The notes beneath the pieces were generated by a model, which ran no database searches, was not told where the DNA came from, and worked only from the letters and a program-made list of their open reading frames with translations. Of a stretch of 64,000 nt of DNA, positions 1 through 8,992 are shown piece by piece. The first letter of the stretch is position 1. Every line of letters starts with the position of its first letter. Position numbers and translations under genes: made by a program. This DNA comes from an uncultured Bdellovibrionales bacterium (GTDB lineage: Bacteria > Myxococcota > XYA12-FULL-58-9 > JALHOP01), in the NCBI GenBank assembly GCA_964484195.1, contig CAZAER010000003.1:188787-252786 (forward strand), read 5' to 3'.

Positions 1-2
1 CC

Positions 3-1376
3 GATGCACGTTACGAGCTCGTCACCATCGACAGCGCCTTGGGGTCGACCGACGATCCGCAGCAAGTGCTGACGCGGGCGCAGAACCTGCTCACCCAGGG
101 CCGCGACGCCTACGACTCGCTCGATCTCGATCAGGCCGTCGAGTACCTGAACGGCGCACTGCGCGAGCTCGAGCGCCGCGCCTACGTGGTCCACGACATC
201 AAGCGCGTGTCCGAGATCCTGATGCTGCTCGGAGCGACGCACATCCTGCGCGGCGAAGATGCCAAGGGGCGCGAGCGACTCGCCCAAGCCATCACCCTCG
301 ACGGCGCCGCCGAGCCCGACCCGACCATCTTCAATCCCAGCATGCGCACCATCTTCAAGTCGGCGCAGGCCTCGGTGAACAAGGCCCGCAAAGGCTCGAT
401 CGCCGTGAGCTCGAACCCCAGCTACGGCGAGGTCTTCGTCGACGGTAAGTTCGTCGGCATCGCGCCGGTGACCGTCGATAGCACCCTGGAAGGGCGTCAC
501 TACGTGCGCGTCATCCGCGAGGGCTACCGTGAATACGGCACCGTCATTTCCGTCAAAGGAAACGCGGAAGCCAGTGAGGTTGCGGAGCTCGCTCCTTCGC
601 CCAAGCTCGACGAGTACGAGCATCTCGTGAACCTCACCATCGATGCGCGGAACGAGGTCATGGCGAAGCCGAACCCCAAGCCCAACGAAGATCTGCTGAC
701 CTTGGCGTCGCAGCTCGGCGTGCTCTTGGGTGTCGAGCAGGTCTTCTTGACCGACGTGCGTCTCGACGGCGAGCGTGTGCTATTGCGGACGACGCAATTC
801 GACCTCACCACCGACGAGAAGATGAAGAGCGCGTCGCACAGCTTCACCTACGACACGGTGGCCGCGAGCTATCAGCGCGAGATCAAGCTGATGATGGAGC
901 GCCACTTCGCGGCCGAGACGCTCACCAAGAAGACCGAGGGCTCGGTCTTTTACGGCCGCTGGGACACCGGCGGTGGTCTGGTGCACGCCGGCTCCAACGT
1001 CTGCATGGGCGAGAGCTGCCAGGAATTCCGCCGCCGCGTGCTCTTCTATGGCGGAATTACCGCGGGCGGCCTGTTGGTCACCGGTGGCGTCCTCGCCTAC
1101 CTGGGCAAACACAACAACGACAAGTTCCGCGACTCACCGCAGGGCACGCCGGAGGGCACGAGCGCTCGCAGCGCCGGCAAGATCGAAGCGATTGCCGGCG
1201 ACGTCTTGCTCGGCCTGGGCGTCGCCACCGTGGTGACCGGCACCATCCTGTACTTCTTCTATCACCCGTCGCCCTCGTCGGATGACGTGATGTCGAGGCG
1301 CGCGTCCCTGGTGCCGCAACTCGACATCGCGCCGATGGTACGTGGCGGCGCCATGGTGGGCACATGGACCTTCTGA
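3..1376 (+). CDS. PEGA-domain membrane protein with TPR-like N-terminal region; 5' end probably outside the window
   Basis: The frame of the 39..1376 ORF stays open back to base 3 (DARYELVTIDSA...), so it is likely 5'-partial. PEGA-like segment VSSNPSYGEVFVDGKFVGIAPVTV...GRHYVRVIREGYREY. Two C-terminal hydrophobic helices (ITAGGLLVTGGVLAYL; VLLGLGVATVVTGTILYFFY). Confidence 0.6.
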   Translation, partial: DARYELVTIDSALGSTDDPQQVLTRAQNLLTQGRDAYDSLDLDQAVEYLNGALRELERRAYVVHDIKRVSEILMLLGATHILRGEDAKGRERLAQAITLDGAAEPDPTIFNPSMRTIFKSAQASVNKARKGSIAVSSNPSYGEVFVDGKFVGIAPVTVDSTLEGRHYVRVIREGYREYGTVISVKGNAEASEVAELAPSPKLDEYEHLVNLTIDARNEVMAKPNPKPNEDLLTLASQLGVLLGVEQVFLTDVRLDGERVLLRTTQFDLTTDEKMKSASHSFTYDTVAASYQREIKLMMERHFAAETLTKKTEGSVFYGRWDTGGGLVHAGSNVCMGESCQEFRRRVLFYGGITAGGLLVTGGVLAYLGKHNNDKFRDSPQGTPEGTSARSAGKIEAIAGDVLLGLGVATVVTGTILYFFYHPSPSSDDVMSRRASLVPQLDIAPMVRGGAMVGTWTF

Positions 1377-2263
1377 CCCCGCCACGGCTGGCGCTCGCCG
1401 CCTTGCTCGCGACCGCGGCCGCTTGCTCGTTGACCTACGACTGGGATCCGGATGGGCAGCCGTGCCGCCAAAGCGGAGCCGGTGCCACCGCTAGCTTCGA
1501 GTGCGACGAAGGTTACAGCTGCTTCCAGCGCGCCGGCGTCACCGGTACCGAGTGTGTCCGCGATGGCAGTCGACGCCGCGGCGAGGCGTGCTCGCTCGAT
1601 CCCATGTGCGAGGAGCCGCTGCAGTGCGTCGGTGGCGCGTGTCGTGAGAGCTGCGGCGCGAGCTATTTCTCGCCGTCGGCGAGCAACTGCCGCGGTGACG
1701 AGTTCTGCAAACCGTACCCCAACGAGACGGTTGGCTTCTGCACGCCGAGCGAGTGCCTCAACGAGACCTGCCCGGTCGGCAGCGTCTGCGCCGAGATCAA
1801 GCCGGGTGCCGGCGCCTGCCTGACGGAATGCACGCCTAGCTACACCAACCAATCTTACAGCGACAATTGCGGTAGCACGGGCGGGGAGAAGTACTGTCAG
1901 GCGGTCGGGCGAGGAGCGACGCGTCGTCTCGTCTGTCTCGACACGGCGCGCACCGGTCAGCCAATCGGCACCTTCTGCAACATCATCGATCAGCCGTGCG
2001 CCGGCGGTCAGAGCTTCACCGACCTCGGCGGCCAGGTTCGCACCTTCGGTCTGACCTGTGCTCAGAGTCAGTGTGTCGAGCTTTGCGATCCGACCATTCC
2101 GAACCCCGGCTCGAACCAGAACGACTGCGGCGCGAGCACCGCGCGCGGCGCCACCTACTGCTGCGAGCAGTTGGGCGCCCGCGATGCCGCTGGCAACCAA
2201 GTGCGCTGGGGCATTTGCATTCCGTTCGGCGGCAGCAGCACCTGCGATCCCGAGCTCTACTAG
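1364..2263 (+). CDS. Cys-rich secreted lipoprotein, function unknown
   Basis: Lipobox-like N-terminus MDLLTPPRLALAALLATAAAC. ATG 1364 overlaps the end of the upstream gene. The mature part is very Cys-rich with repeated C-x(n)-C modules. No family recognised. Confidence 0.6.
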   Translation: MDLLTPPRLALAALLATAAACSLTYDWDPDGQPCRQSGAGATASFECDEGYSCFQRAGVTGTECVRDGSRRRGEACSLDPMCEEPLQCVGGACRESCGASYFSPSASNCRGDEFCKPYPNETVGFCTPSECLNETCPVGSVCAEIKPGAGACLTECTPSYTNQSYSDNCGSTGGEKYCQAVGRGATRRLVCLDTARTGQPIGTFCNIIDQPCAGGQSFTDLGGQVRTFGLTCAQSQCVELCDPTIPNPGSNQNDCGASTARGATYCCEQLGARDAAGNQVRWGICIPFGGSSTCDPELY

Positions 2264-2270
2264 CTTCGGA

Positions 2271-2612
2271 TTAGTTGCGCAGGAAGTCGGCGAGCCGCTG
2301 GCGATCGTCTTCGGTCATGTCGACGAACTCGATGCCCATCCCCGCGCCTTTGATGCGCGGGTCGCGCGTCACCCAGACGACGCGGCCCAAGGCGCGCACC
2401 GGATCCTGCGCCGGTATCGGGATCGCCATCTCGAGCTGATCTCCCAGCTCGAGGAGTAGGTCGGAGCGCAGAAACGCACCGCCGATGCTGACGTCGACGC
2501 TCTCGAACACGAGCTCGCCGCTGCGATCACCGGTGGCAGCGGCCTGGACGTCCACGGCGATGGGACGTCGCGCATGCTTGCGCTTCGAAGAGAGGTTCTT
2601 GTCGCTGCTCAT
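2271..2612 (-). CDS. PilZ-domain protein (putative c-di-GMP receptor)
   Basis: PilZ motifs: RxxxR-like KRKHARRP and DxSxxG (DVSIGGAF), then GRVVWV...GMGIEFVDM. ATG at 2612 (MSSDKN) is preferred over the track start at 2717, whose 35 extra codons are Pro/Gly/Arg-rich. Confidence 0.65.
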   Translation of the reverse strand: MSSDKNLSSKRKHARRPIAVDVQAAATGDRSGELVFESVDVSIGGAFLRSDLLLELGDQLEMAIPIPAQDPVRALGRVVWVTRDPRIKGAGMGIEFVDMTEDDRQRLADFLRN

Positions 2613-2673
2613 GCCGTGCTGAAAGCCTAACACGTAGGCGATTTCCGGCAACTTTGGTGGCCCGGGCCCGTTC

Positions 2674-3120
2674 TTACGCCCTGTGGTACTTCTCGCCGCG
2701 CAGGATGGTGTGGGCACGGTAGAGCTGCTCGACGAGCAGCATCTGCGCCATGCGGTGCGGCAACGTCAGCCGCGACAACGCCATGGTGGTCTGCGCGCGC
2801 GCTTTGACATCGGGATGCAAGCCTTCGGCGCCGCCGAGCACGAAGGCGACGGGAACGGCGCGCTCCATCCACTGCCGGCACCATCCAGCCAGCTCCATCG
2901 TGGTGGGCTCCTTGCCGCGCTCGTCCAGCGCCACGACGACGTCGGCCGTCTTGACCAGCTTCAACAAGCCGTCACGCTCGCCGTCCATGTCGCTTTCGCG
3001 GACCATGTGCCGCTCGAGCGGAGCGTAATGCGTGAGTCGTTTCGCGTAGTCGTCCGCGGCCTCGAGCAGCGGATCGTTGGCTTTCCGGCCGACCCAAAGA
3101 ATGCGGTAGGCGAAGCTCAG
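2674..3120 (-). CDS. rlmH: 23S rRNA (pseudouridine1915-N3)-methyltransferase RlmH
   Basis: YRILWVGRK...VVALDERGKE...FVLGGAEGLHPDV...LSRLTLPHRMAQMLLVEQLYRAHTILRGEKYHR aligns end to end with E. coli RlmH. Start is uncertain: the only initiator near the conserved N-terminus is CTG 3120-3118, which overlaps the rsfS stop. The track start GVG-type GTG 3273 adds 51 Arg/Pro-rich codons that lie inside rsfS. Confidence 0.85.
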   Translation of the reverse strand: MSFAYRILWVGRKANDPLLEAADDYAKRLTHYAPLERHMVRESDMDGERDGLLKLVKTADVVVALDERGKEPTTMELAGWCRQWMERAVPVAFVLGGAEGLHPDVKARAQTTMALSRLTLPHRMAQMLLVEQLYRAHTILRGEKYHRA

Positions 3121-3500
3121 GACAGCTGCTGGCGCGCTTTGGCGGCGGCCGATGCTTCCGACGAAACGCGGGTGCGCGGCGCCTGATCGTACAGCGACTC
3201 GAGGTCGTAGAGGTCGCGTGTGAACTGGTGGAACACGTGGACCACGACCGCACCGAGGTCGATGAGCGCCCACTGACCCTCGCGGGCACCTTCGGCGCCG
3301 ACGATGCTGACCTGCTCTTTCTTGAGGGTGACCTCGACGGATTCGGCGACCGACTGCACGTGGCGATCACTCGTGCCCGAGGCAATGACCAGGAAGTCGG
3401 CGTAGGTCGAACGGCTGCGCAAGTCGACGATGACGACGTTCTGCGCTTTCATGTCGAGGGCAATCGCGGCGGCGCGGCGGGCCAGAGCTTCAGTGTCCAG
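3117..3500 (-). CDS. rsfS: Ribosome silencing factor RsfS (iojap family)
   Basis: VVIVDL...ADFLVIASGTSDRHVQSVAESV...EGAREGQWALIDLGAVVVHVF...R.LYDLE.LY matches RsfS. The conserved N-terminal helix lies upstream of the first ATG (3452). CTG at 3500-3498 is preceded by AGGAGA (3511-3506) with a 5-nt spacer. The ATG-only version would be 3117..3452. Confidence 0.85.
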   Translation of the reverse strand: MDTEALARRAAAIALDMKAQNVVIVDLRSRSTYADFLVIASGTSDRHVQSVAESVEVTLKKEQVSIVGAEGAREGQWALIDLGAVVVHVFHQFTRDLYDLESLYDQAPRTRVSSEASAAAKARQQLS

Positions 3501-3586
3501 AACGTTCTCCTACCCCGGGAAGATACGCTCGCTGACCCAATCTGTAAACGCTGGATAGAGCTGGGAAGCACCCGTCCGGGTGACGC

Positions 3587-4516
3587 TCAGTCCTTCGGGG
3601 GCAGGGGATCCAGGTGCTCTCGGAAGAAGCTCACTGGGTCGGCCGGCGGTGTCGCGATGCGGTATTCGGGGATGGCCTTGGGGGCGGTGATCTTGGCGAC
3701 CTTGCCGACGTTCTTCACCGCGCCTTCGTAGGTGAGGGCGAGCTCGGTGACCCGGCCGTCTTTCTCATCGATGGCGAGGCGGCCGCTCAACGACAGCTTT
3801 AGCGGAGTGCCGGTCGCCTTATCGATGAACAGGGTACCCGTGAGCTCGCGCGCCTTGGCCCGTTCGCGCCAGCCCGCGGGGGCGGTCACGGCAAGGGTCG
3901 TCGGCGGCAAGCTGTCGACCTTCGGCTTGCTCTCGGGCTCGGGTGGGGTGAGACCGAGGTCGAACCGCATCGCCTCGCGGTCACCGACGCGGGCGGCGCG
4001 ACCTTGCGAGATGCGCAAGCCCGGCCGGAAGGGCTCGAGTGCTTGTGCCAAGCTCGACCAGGCAATGTCGCTCCAGCCCGGTGCTTGGAAGTCGTGATTG
4101 TCGGCGACGCGCATCTGGCCCTTGTCCTGGCGGATGTACGTCTTGCGGTCGACGATGCTGACCTCGATCTGATTTCCGGGCGTGTCGAGTCGCACGTAGA
4201 GGTTCTCGTCGGCATCCTGGCGAACGACGTAAGAGTCGGCCTGCTCGCTGTCGCGGGTCCCGGAGGTCAGCTTGATGACCGAGGACGCCTCGAGCTCGAG
4301 CGAGCCCAGACGAGCCGCGGCTTCTCCGAAGCCCATGTAGAGGGAGCGGCGTTGGACCTTCGCCGACTTTTCGAAATCGTCGACATCGATCGGCGACGTG
4401 TCGAAAGTGACCGGTTTGTGGGGGGCGATGGCGGCGGAGCCCGCGTCACCCTTGCAGGCCGAAAGGGCGAGAAGGCCCGCAAACGCCCAGCCAGCGGCCA
4501 ATATTCCGCGATTCAT
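3587..4516 (-). CDS. Lipoprotein, function unknown
   Basis: N-terminus MNRGILAAGWAFAGLLALSAC (signal peptide plus lipobox Cys). High GC3. No recognisable catalytic motif. Confidence 0.6.
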   Translation of the reverse strand: MNRGILAAGWAFAGLLALSACKGDAGSAAIAPHKPVTFDTSPIDVDDFEKSAKVQRRSLYMGFGEAAARLGSLELEASSVIKLTSGTRDSEQADSYVVRQDADENLYVRLDTPGNQIEVSIVDRKTYIRQDKGQMRVADNHDFQAPGWSDIAWSSLAQALEPFRPGLRISQGRAARVGDREAMRFDLGLTPPEPESKPKVDSLPPTTLAVTAPAGWRERAKARELTGTLFIDKATGTPLKLSLSGRLAIDEKDGRVTELALTYEGAVKNVGKVAKITAPKAIPEYRIATPPADPVSFFREHLDPLPPKD

Positions 4517-4543
4517 CGCCGCTGGATATAGCGGGCCAGAGAG

Positions 4544-7500
4544 GTGCGCGCCACCGGTGATTCGCTTGCAGGGCCCTTTCCCGCATACTACCCTTTCTCA
4601 GTGACGGCCGGCCAACGCACCACCCGCTTCATCGTGGCAGTCGCGGCGACAGTAGCGGTTCTCACGCTCGGCGCTGTGACCATCACGACGCAGGGCTTCG
4701 GTTTTTTCGACCGAAGCACCCTCGACCTTCCGACGACCGACCTGGGAAGCGCCGCGGACTACCACGCCGACTACCCGGCTGGGACCGAGAGCGCCGCAAC
4801 GCTCGGCGGCGCTGCGCTCGACAGCGCACCGACCCCGGTTGCGACGCCGAGCTACGACCTGTCCGCGCACCAGACGCTTAGCCGCGTGATCATTCTCCTC
4901 AAGGAGAACTACGTCGAGCCCGAGCGCATCAAGCCGTACGACATGTTCATCGCGGCCCTCGATTACATCCAGAAGACCATTCCCGAGGTCATCGTCGACG
5001 ACAGCGAAGCGCCGCGCCGTATCAAGATCGCGGTCATGAACAACGAGCACGTCTTCGACCTGGAGCGGCTCGGCGGTCTCGATCAGCTCTGGGAAGTGAC
5101 CCTCGCCTTGCGCGACATCTTCCGCTTCATCCAGACCTACATCACCGACCCCGAGCAGCGTCACGACATCGAGTACGCCGCCATCAACGGCATGCTCTCG
5201 ACGCTCGACCCGCATAGCGTCTTGCTGAAGCCCGAGAGCTTCAACGAGATGCGCCTGTCGACCCGCGGCGAGTTCGGCGGCCTCGGCATCGTCATCTCTA
5301 TCCGCGATGGCGGACTGACCGTGGTATCGCCCATCGAGGACACTCCGGCGGCGCGCGCCGGCATCAAAGCGCAAGACCAGATCGTCAAGATCGGCGAAGA
5401 GTCGACCGTGAACATGGGCCTCGAGGAGGCGGTCGAGCGCCTGCGCGGCAAGCCTGGCTCCAAGATCAACATCTGGGTGAAGCGCAAGAAATGGACGGAG
5501 CCCAAGCGCTTCGTGCTCACCCGCGCGGTCATCAAGATCCAGAGCGTCGCATCGCGCCTACTCGATCGCAGCATCGGCTACGTCCGCATCAAGAACTTCC
5601 AGGCGAACACGTTCGACGATCTCCACGCGCATCTCGAGAGCCTGCGTAAGAAGAACAAGGGCGAGCTCAAGGGTTTGGTGCTCGACCTACGCAACAATCC
5701 CGGTGGGCTCCTCGATCAGGCCATTTTGGTCAGCGACCGTTTCATCGATCGCGGGCCGCTGGTCATCACGGTCGGTGAGGGCAATCGCAAGCGCGACGTC
5801 AAATCGGCGCATGCTCAGGGCACCGAACCGGCGTATCCGATGGCCGTGCTCGTCAACAGCGGTAGTGCCTCGGCGAGCGAGATCGTCGCGGGCGCGCTGA
5901 AGAACCACGACCGCGCCGTCATCGTCGGCCAACAGACCTTCGGCAAGGGATCGGTCCAAGTCCTCTACGACTTCAAGGACAAGTCGGCGCTCAAGCTCAC
6001 CATCGCGCAGTACCTCACGCCCGGTGACGTCTCGATCCAGGGCCTCGGCATCTCACCCGACGTGGCGGTGCAGCCGGCGTCGATCGAGGGCCATGATGTC
6101 CACGTCTTCGTGAGCGACGACGCCACCCGCGAGAAGGATCTCGAGCACCACCTCGAAGTCCCGCAAGTCGTCCGCGAAAGCGAAGACCTCGTCGTCGAGG
6201 GTGCGAAGAGCGCGACGTCGTCGCAGCCCTCCGTCACCATCGTGCATCTTGCCGAAGCTAGCGCCAACGACGGTGAGCCGAAGACCCAAGGGGACGACGA
6301 GCAGGAAGGCCCGAACGAGTTCGTCTACGACTTCGAGACGCAGCTCGCGCACGACCTCGTGGCCAACGCCAAGAGCCCCGACCGCAAGAAGATCATCGCC
6401 GAGAGCCGCACCGTCTTCCTGGGGCGCGCCGACGAGCAAGAGCAGCGGGTCGCGAAACGCCTCGAAAGCCTGGGTGTCGACTGGACCGCTGCGAAGGACG
6501 CTGACAAGGGCGGACGCGCCGAAGCCACGGTCGACCTGGCGATGACGCCGCAGACGACCACCCGGCCGCTGACCGCGGGCGACACCGTGACCTTGACCGC
6601 CACCGTCCGCAATACCGGTTCGTCTCCGCTCTACCGGGTCTACGGCATCACCCAGTCCGAAAACCCCTTGTTCAAGAACCTCGAGTTCGCGTTCGGACGT
6701 CTGGCCCCCGGTGCGTCGAAGAGCTGGACCACGGAAGTGAAGCTGCCGCGCGAGATGTCGGCACGCGCCGACGACATGAGCATCACCATCGGTGATCAAC
6801 AGCGACGCCTCGATGGCGTGAAGACCGGCCTCGTGGTGTCGATCGAAGAGCAGAAGAAACCGCGCTTCGCCTACAGCATGTGGCTCGACGACCGCGCCGG
6901 CGGCAACGGTGACGGCGTGTTGCAGGTCGGCGAGAAGGTGAACCTCATCGTCGATGTGAAGAACATCGGCACCGGCCAGTCCGATGAGGCGGTCATCAGC
7001 CTGAAGAACCTCTCGGGTGATGCGCTCTTCCTCGAGCGTGGCCGCGACAAGGTCGAGGCGCTCAAGCCCGGCAAGAACAAGTCGGTCGAGCTCAAGTTCT
7101 CGCTGCGTGTCGATCCGAACGGACGCGACGGCAAGCGTCCCGAGGTTCGCGGTCATGTCGATGACGGCGCGCGCGACGAGGACGCCGACGTCGACGAGGC
7201 TCCCAAAGCTGGTGACGCCATCGACCTGAAAGTCTCGGTCTGGGATTCGACCTACGGCGAGACGGTGTCGGAGCACTTGCACGTCCCGGTCCGCGAGCCG
7301 CGCAAGGCGCGCGCCGAGAACCGTCCGCTGTTGCTGGCAGGTAACGACGAGGTGCCGATCTTCGCGGGTGCCGATGCCACGATGCCGGTGGTTGCGTACG
7401 CCAAGAGTGGAGCTGCTCTCCGCAGCGACGCGAGCTTCGATGGTTGGTATCGCGTCGAGATCGGCAACGGAACACCCGGTTACGTCCGCGATAGCGATAT

Positions 7501-7897
7501 CAAGTTGGGGGCCAAGGCGGCGTCCGCGCGCAAGGCCTCGGTGCGCACCATCATGGCCCACTCGGTACCGTCCATCGAGCTCGACGTGCCGGCTTTGGTG
7601 ACGCCGCAACCGACGATGCGTTTGTCCGGCTTCGTACGGGACGAGCAGGCGCTCAAGGACGTCTTCGTCTTCGTCAACGACAAGAAAGTCTTCTATGGCG
7701 GTCTCGCCAACATGCAGGCCGACAAGGGCATCTATCGTGCTCCATTCGACGTGACCGTGCCGCTCAAGGCCGGCTCGAACACGGTCGCGGTCGTGGCTCG
7801 TGAGAGCAACGATCTGGTGACCCGCAAGATCTTCGGCGTCTATCGTTCCGATCCAGCGCTCGCCGCAGTCCGCGAGCCCAACAACTCGAAGCGCTGA
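4544..7897 (+). CDS. S41-family C-terminal processing peptidase with PDZ domain and a long CARDB-like/SH3b-like C-terminal extension
   Basis: PDZ (GGLGIVISIRDGGLTVVSPIEDTPAARAGIKAQDQIVKIGEE). S41 catalytic region (LDLRNNPGGLLDQA; VLVNSGSASASEIVAGALKNHDRAVIVGQQTFGKGSVQ). C-terminal half has CARDB-like segments (TVTLTATVRNTGSSPLYRV; KVNLIVDVKNIGTGQSDEAV) and an SH3b-like segment (DGWYRVEIGNGTPGYVRDSDI). Alternative start GTG 4601 lies just before the TM helix. Confidence 0.85.
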   Translation: MRATGDSLAGPFPAYYPFSVTAGQRTTRFIVAVAATVAVLTLGAVTITTQGFGFFDRSTLDLPTTDLGSAADYHADYPAGTESAATLGGAALDSAPTPVATPSYDLSAHQTLSRVIILLKENYVEPERIKPYDMFIAALDYIQKTIPEVIVDDSEAPRRIKIAVMNNEHVFDLERLGGLDQLWEVTLALRDIFRFIQTYITDPEQRHDIEYAAINGMLSTLDPHSVLLKPESFNEMRLSTRGEFGGLGIVISIRDGGLTVVSPIEDTPAARAGIKAQDQIVKIGEESTVNMGLEEAVERLRGKPGSKINIWVKRKKWTEPKRFVLTRAVIKIQSVASRLLDRSIGYVRIKNFQANTFDDLHAHLESLRKKNKGELKGLVLDLRNNPGGLLDQAILVSDRFIDRGPLVITVGEGNRKRDVKSAHAQGTEPAYPMAVLVNSGSASASEIVAGALKNHDRAVIVGQQTFGKGSVQVLYDFKDKSALKLTIAQYLTPGDVSIQGLGISPDVAVQPASIEGHDVHVFVSDDATREKDLEHHLEVPQVVRESEDLVVEGAKSATSSQPSVTIVHLAEASANDGEPKTQGDDEQEGPNEFVYDFETQLAHDLVANAKSPDRKKIIAESRTVFLGRADEQEQRVAKRLESLGVDWTAAKDADKGGRAEATVDLAMTPQTTTRPLTAGDTVTLTATVRNTGSSPLYRVYGITQSENPLFKNLEFAFGRLAPGASKSWTTEVKLPREMSARADDMSITIGDQQRRLDGVKTGLVVSIEEQKKPRFAYSMWLDDRAGGNGDGVLQVGEKVNLIVDVKNIGTGQSDEAVISLKNLSGDALFLERGRDKVEALKPGKNKSVELKFSLRVDPNGRDGKRPEVRGHVDDGARDEDADVDEAPKAGDAIDLKVSVWDSTYGETVSEHLHVPVREPRKARAENRPLLLAGNDEVPIFAGADATMPVVAYAKSGAALRSDASFDGWYRVEIGNGTPGYVRDSDIKLGAKAASARKASVRTIMAHSVPSIELDVPALVTPQPTMRLSGFVRDEQALKDVFVFVNDKKVFYGGLANMQADKGIYRAPFDVTVPLKAGSNTVAVVARESNDLVTRKIFGVYRSDPALAAVREPNNSKR

Positions 7898-7919
7898 GCA
7901 AGAAGAGGACGTAGGGCCC

Positions 7920-8951
7920 GTGAAAGGTTTCGTTCTCGCCGCCGGCTTCGGCACGCGCTTGGCTCCGCTGACCCAGACCGTACCGAAGCCTCTGTTCCCG
8001 GTAGGGCACCTGCCCCTCATCGGCTACGCCCTGCGTTTGCTCGCGCATCACGGCATCACCGATGTCATCGTGAACCTGCACCACTTGGGCAAACAGCTGC
8101 GGGACGCGGTCGGAGATGGCTCCGCGTACGGCGTCTCAGTGACCTACAGCGAAGAGCCGGAAATCCTCGGTACCGGTGGTGGTCTCAAGAAGATGCACCA
8201 CGCCCTCGATGACACCTTCGTGGTCGTCAACAGCGACACCATTCTGGACGTCGACCTTACCGCGGTCCTCGAGGCGCACCGGCGTCGCAAGGCCCTCGCC
8301 ACGATGATCCTGAGACGCGATCCCGACCAGGGCAGCTATGGCCAGATCGAGATCGATGGCGACGGTAAGGTTCGCCGCATCCTCGGGCACATGAGCCCGA
8401 GCGACGAGAAGAACGCCAAAGAGGTCGAGGCCCGCATCACGCCCTACATGTTCACCGGCGTGCACGTGCTGGAGCCGGGGCTGCTCGAGTACCTCCCCGA
8501 GGGCGTCGAGACCTGCATCATGCGCTACGGCTACATGAAGGCGATGAACAACGACGAGCTCATTCAGGGGGTCGTCACCAACGACTACTGGGTGGATGCC
8601 GGCACTCCGAAGCGTTACTTCGACGCCAATGTCGACGTGCTGACCGGCAAGGCGCGTGTCCGCTATGCCGGAAATTTACCGCCCGAGCGCGAGCCGCGCA
8701 TCTGGGTGGCGCCGACTGCCGAGGTCGCTGCCACCGCGAAGCTCCAGGCGCCCGTGATGATCGGCGATGGCGTGCGCATCGGCGACGGCGCCCAGGTTGG
8801 ACCGAACACCGTGCTCGCGGCGGGCTCGTGTGTGGGGCGCGATGTCGTCATCGAGAACAGCGTCGTCCTCGACGACGCGCGCGCCGATGAGCAAGCGATC
8901 GGAGTCGTCGTCGGCAAGAAGGCTCGCGTCGAGGTCGTGAAGGACGCTTGA
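7920..8951 (+). CDS. Sugar-phosphate nucleotidyltransferase (NDP-sugar pyrophosphorylase) with C-terminal left-handed beta-helix
   Basis: GTG start. N-terminal signature KGFVLAAGFGTRLAPLTQTVPKPLFPV. C-terminal hexapeptide-like repeats (IGDGVRIGDGAQVGPNTVLAAGSCVGRDVVIENSVV). Confidence 0.8.
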   Translation: MKGFVLAAGFGTRLAPLTQTVPKPLFPVGHLPLIGYALRLLAHHGITDVIVNLHHLGKQLRDAVGDGSAYGVSVTYSEEPEILGTGGGLKKMHHALDDTFVVVNSDTILDVDLTAVLEAHRRRKALATMILRRDPDQGSYGQIEIDGDGKVRRILGHMSPSDEKNAKEVEARITPYMFTGVHVLEPGLLEYLPEGVETCIMRYGYMKAMNNDELIQGVVTNDYWVDAGTPKRYFDANVDVLTGKARVRYAGNLPPEREPRIWVAPTAEVAATAKLQAPVMIGDGVRIGDGAQVGPNTVLAAGSCVGRDVVIENSVVLDDARADEQAIGVVVGKKARVEVVKDA

Positions 8952-8964
8952 GCCGGAGCGCCAA

Positions 8965-8992
8965 GGCTGTGGGGTGGGAGAACCCCACAGCC
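8965..8992 (+). terminator. GC-rich stem-loop just downstream of the nucleotidyltransferase gene (possible terminator, no U-tract)
   Basis: GGCTGTGGGG-tgggagaa-CCCCACAGCC: 10-bp perfect stem 14 nt after the stop codon. No T-run follows, so intrinsic-terminator status is doubtful. Confidence 0.3.

Noticed and set aside
1231-1245. TGGTGACCGGCACCA, a near match to the palindrome-family core.
   Set aside because: It has one arm mismatch, lacks the AT flanks, and lies inside a TM-helix coding segment (VVTGTI). Most likely coincidental.
6053-8020. Very long opposite-strand ORFs: 6053..8020(-), 12803..14296(-), 20004..21551(-), 23117..24277(-), 37983..39134(-), 58526..59737(-), 59787..60752(-), 62795..63814(-), 41213..42115(-), and many shorter ones.
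   Set aside because: Each lies antisense to a gene with clear family motifs (S41 peptidase, kinase, acylase, NrdJ, ExbD/DedA, DnaX, MglBA, RR-HK). Their translations are Arg/Ala/Gly/His/Asp-rich low-complexity strings typical of stop-poor shadow frames in GC-rich DNA.
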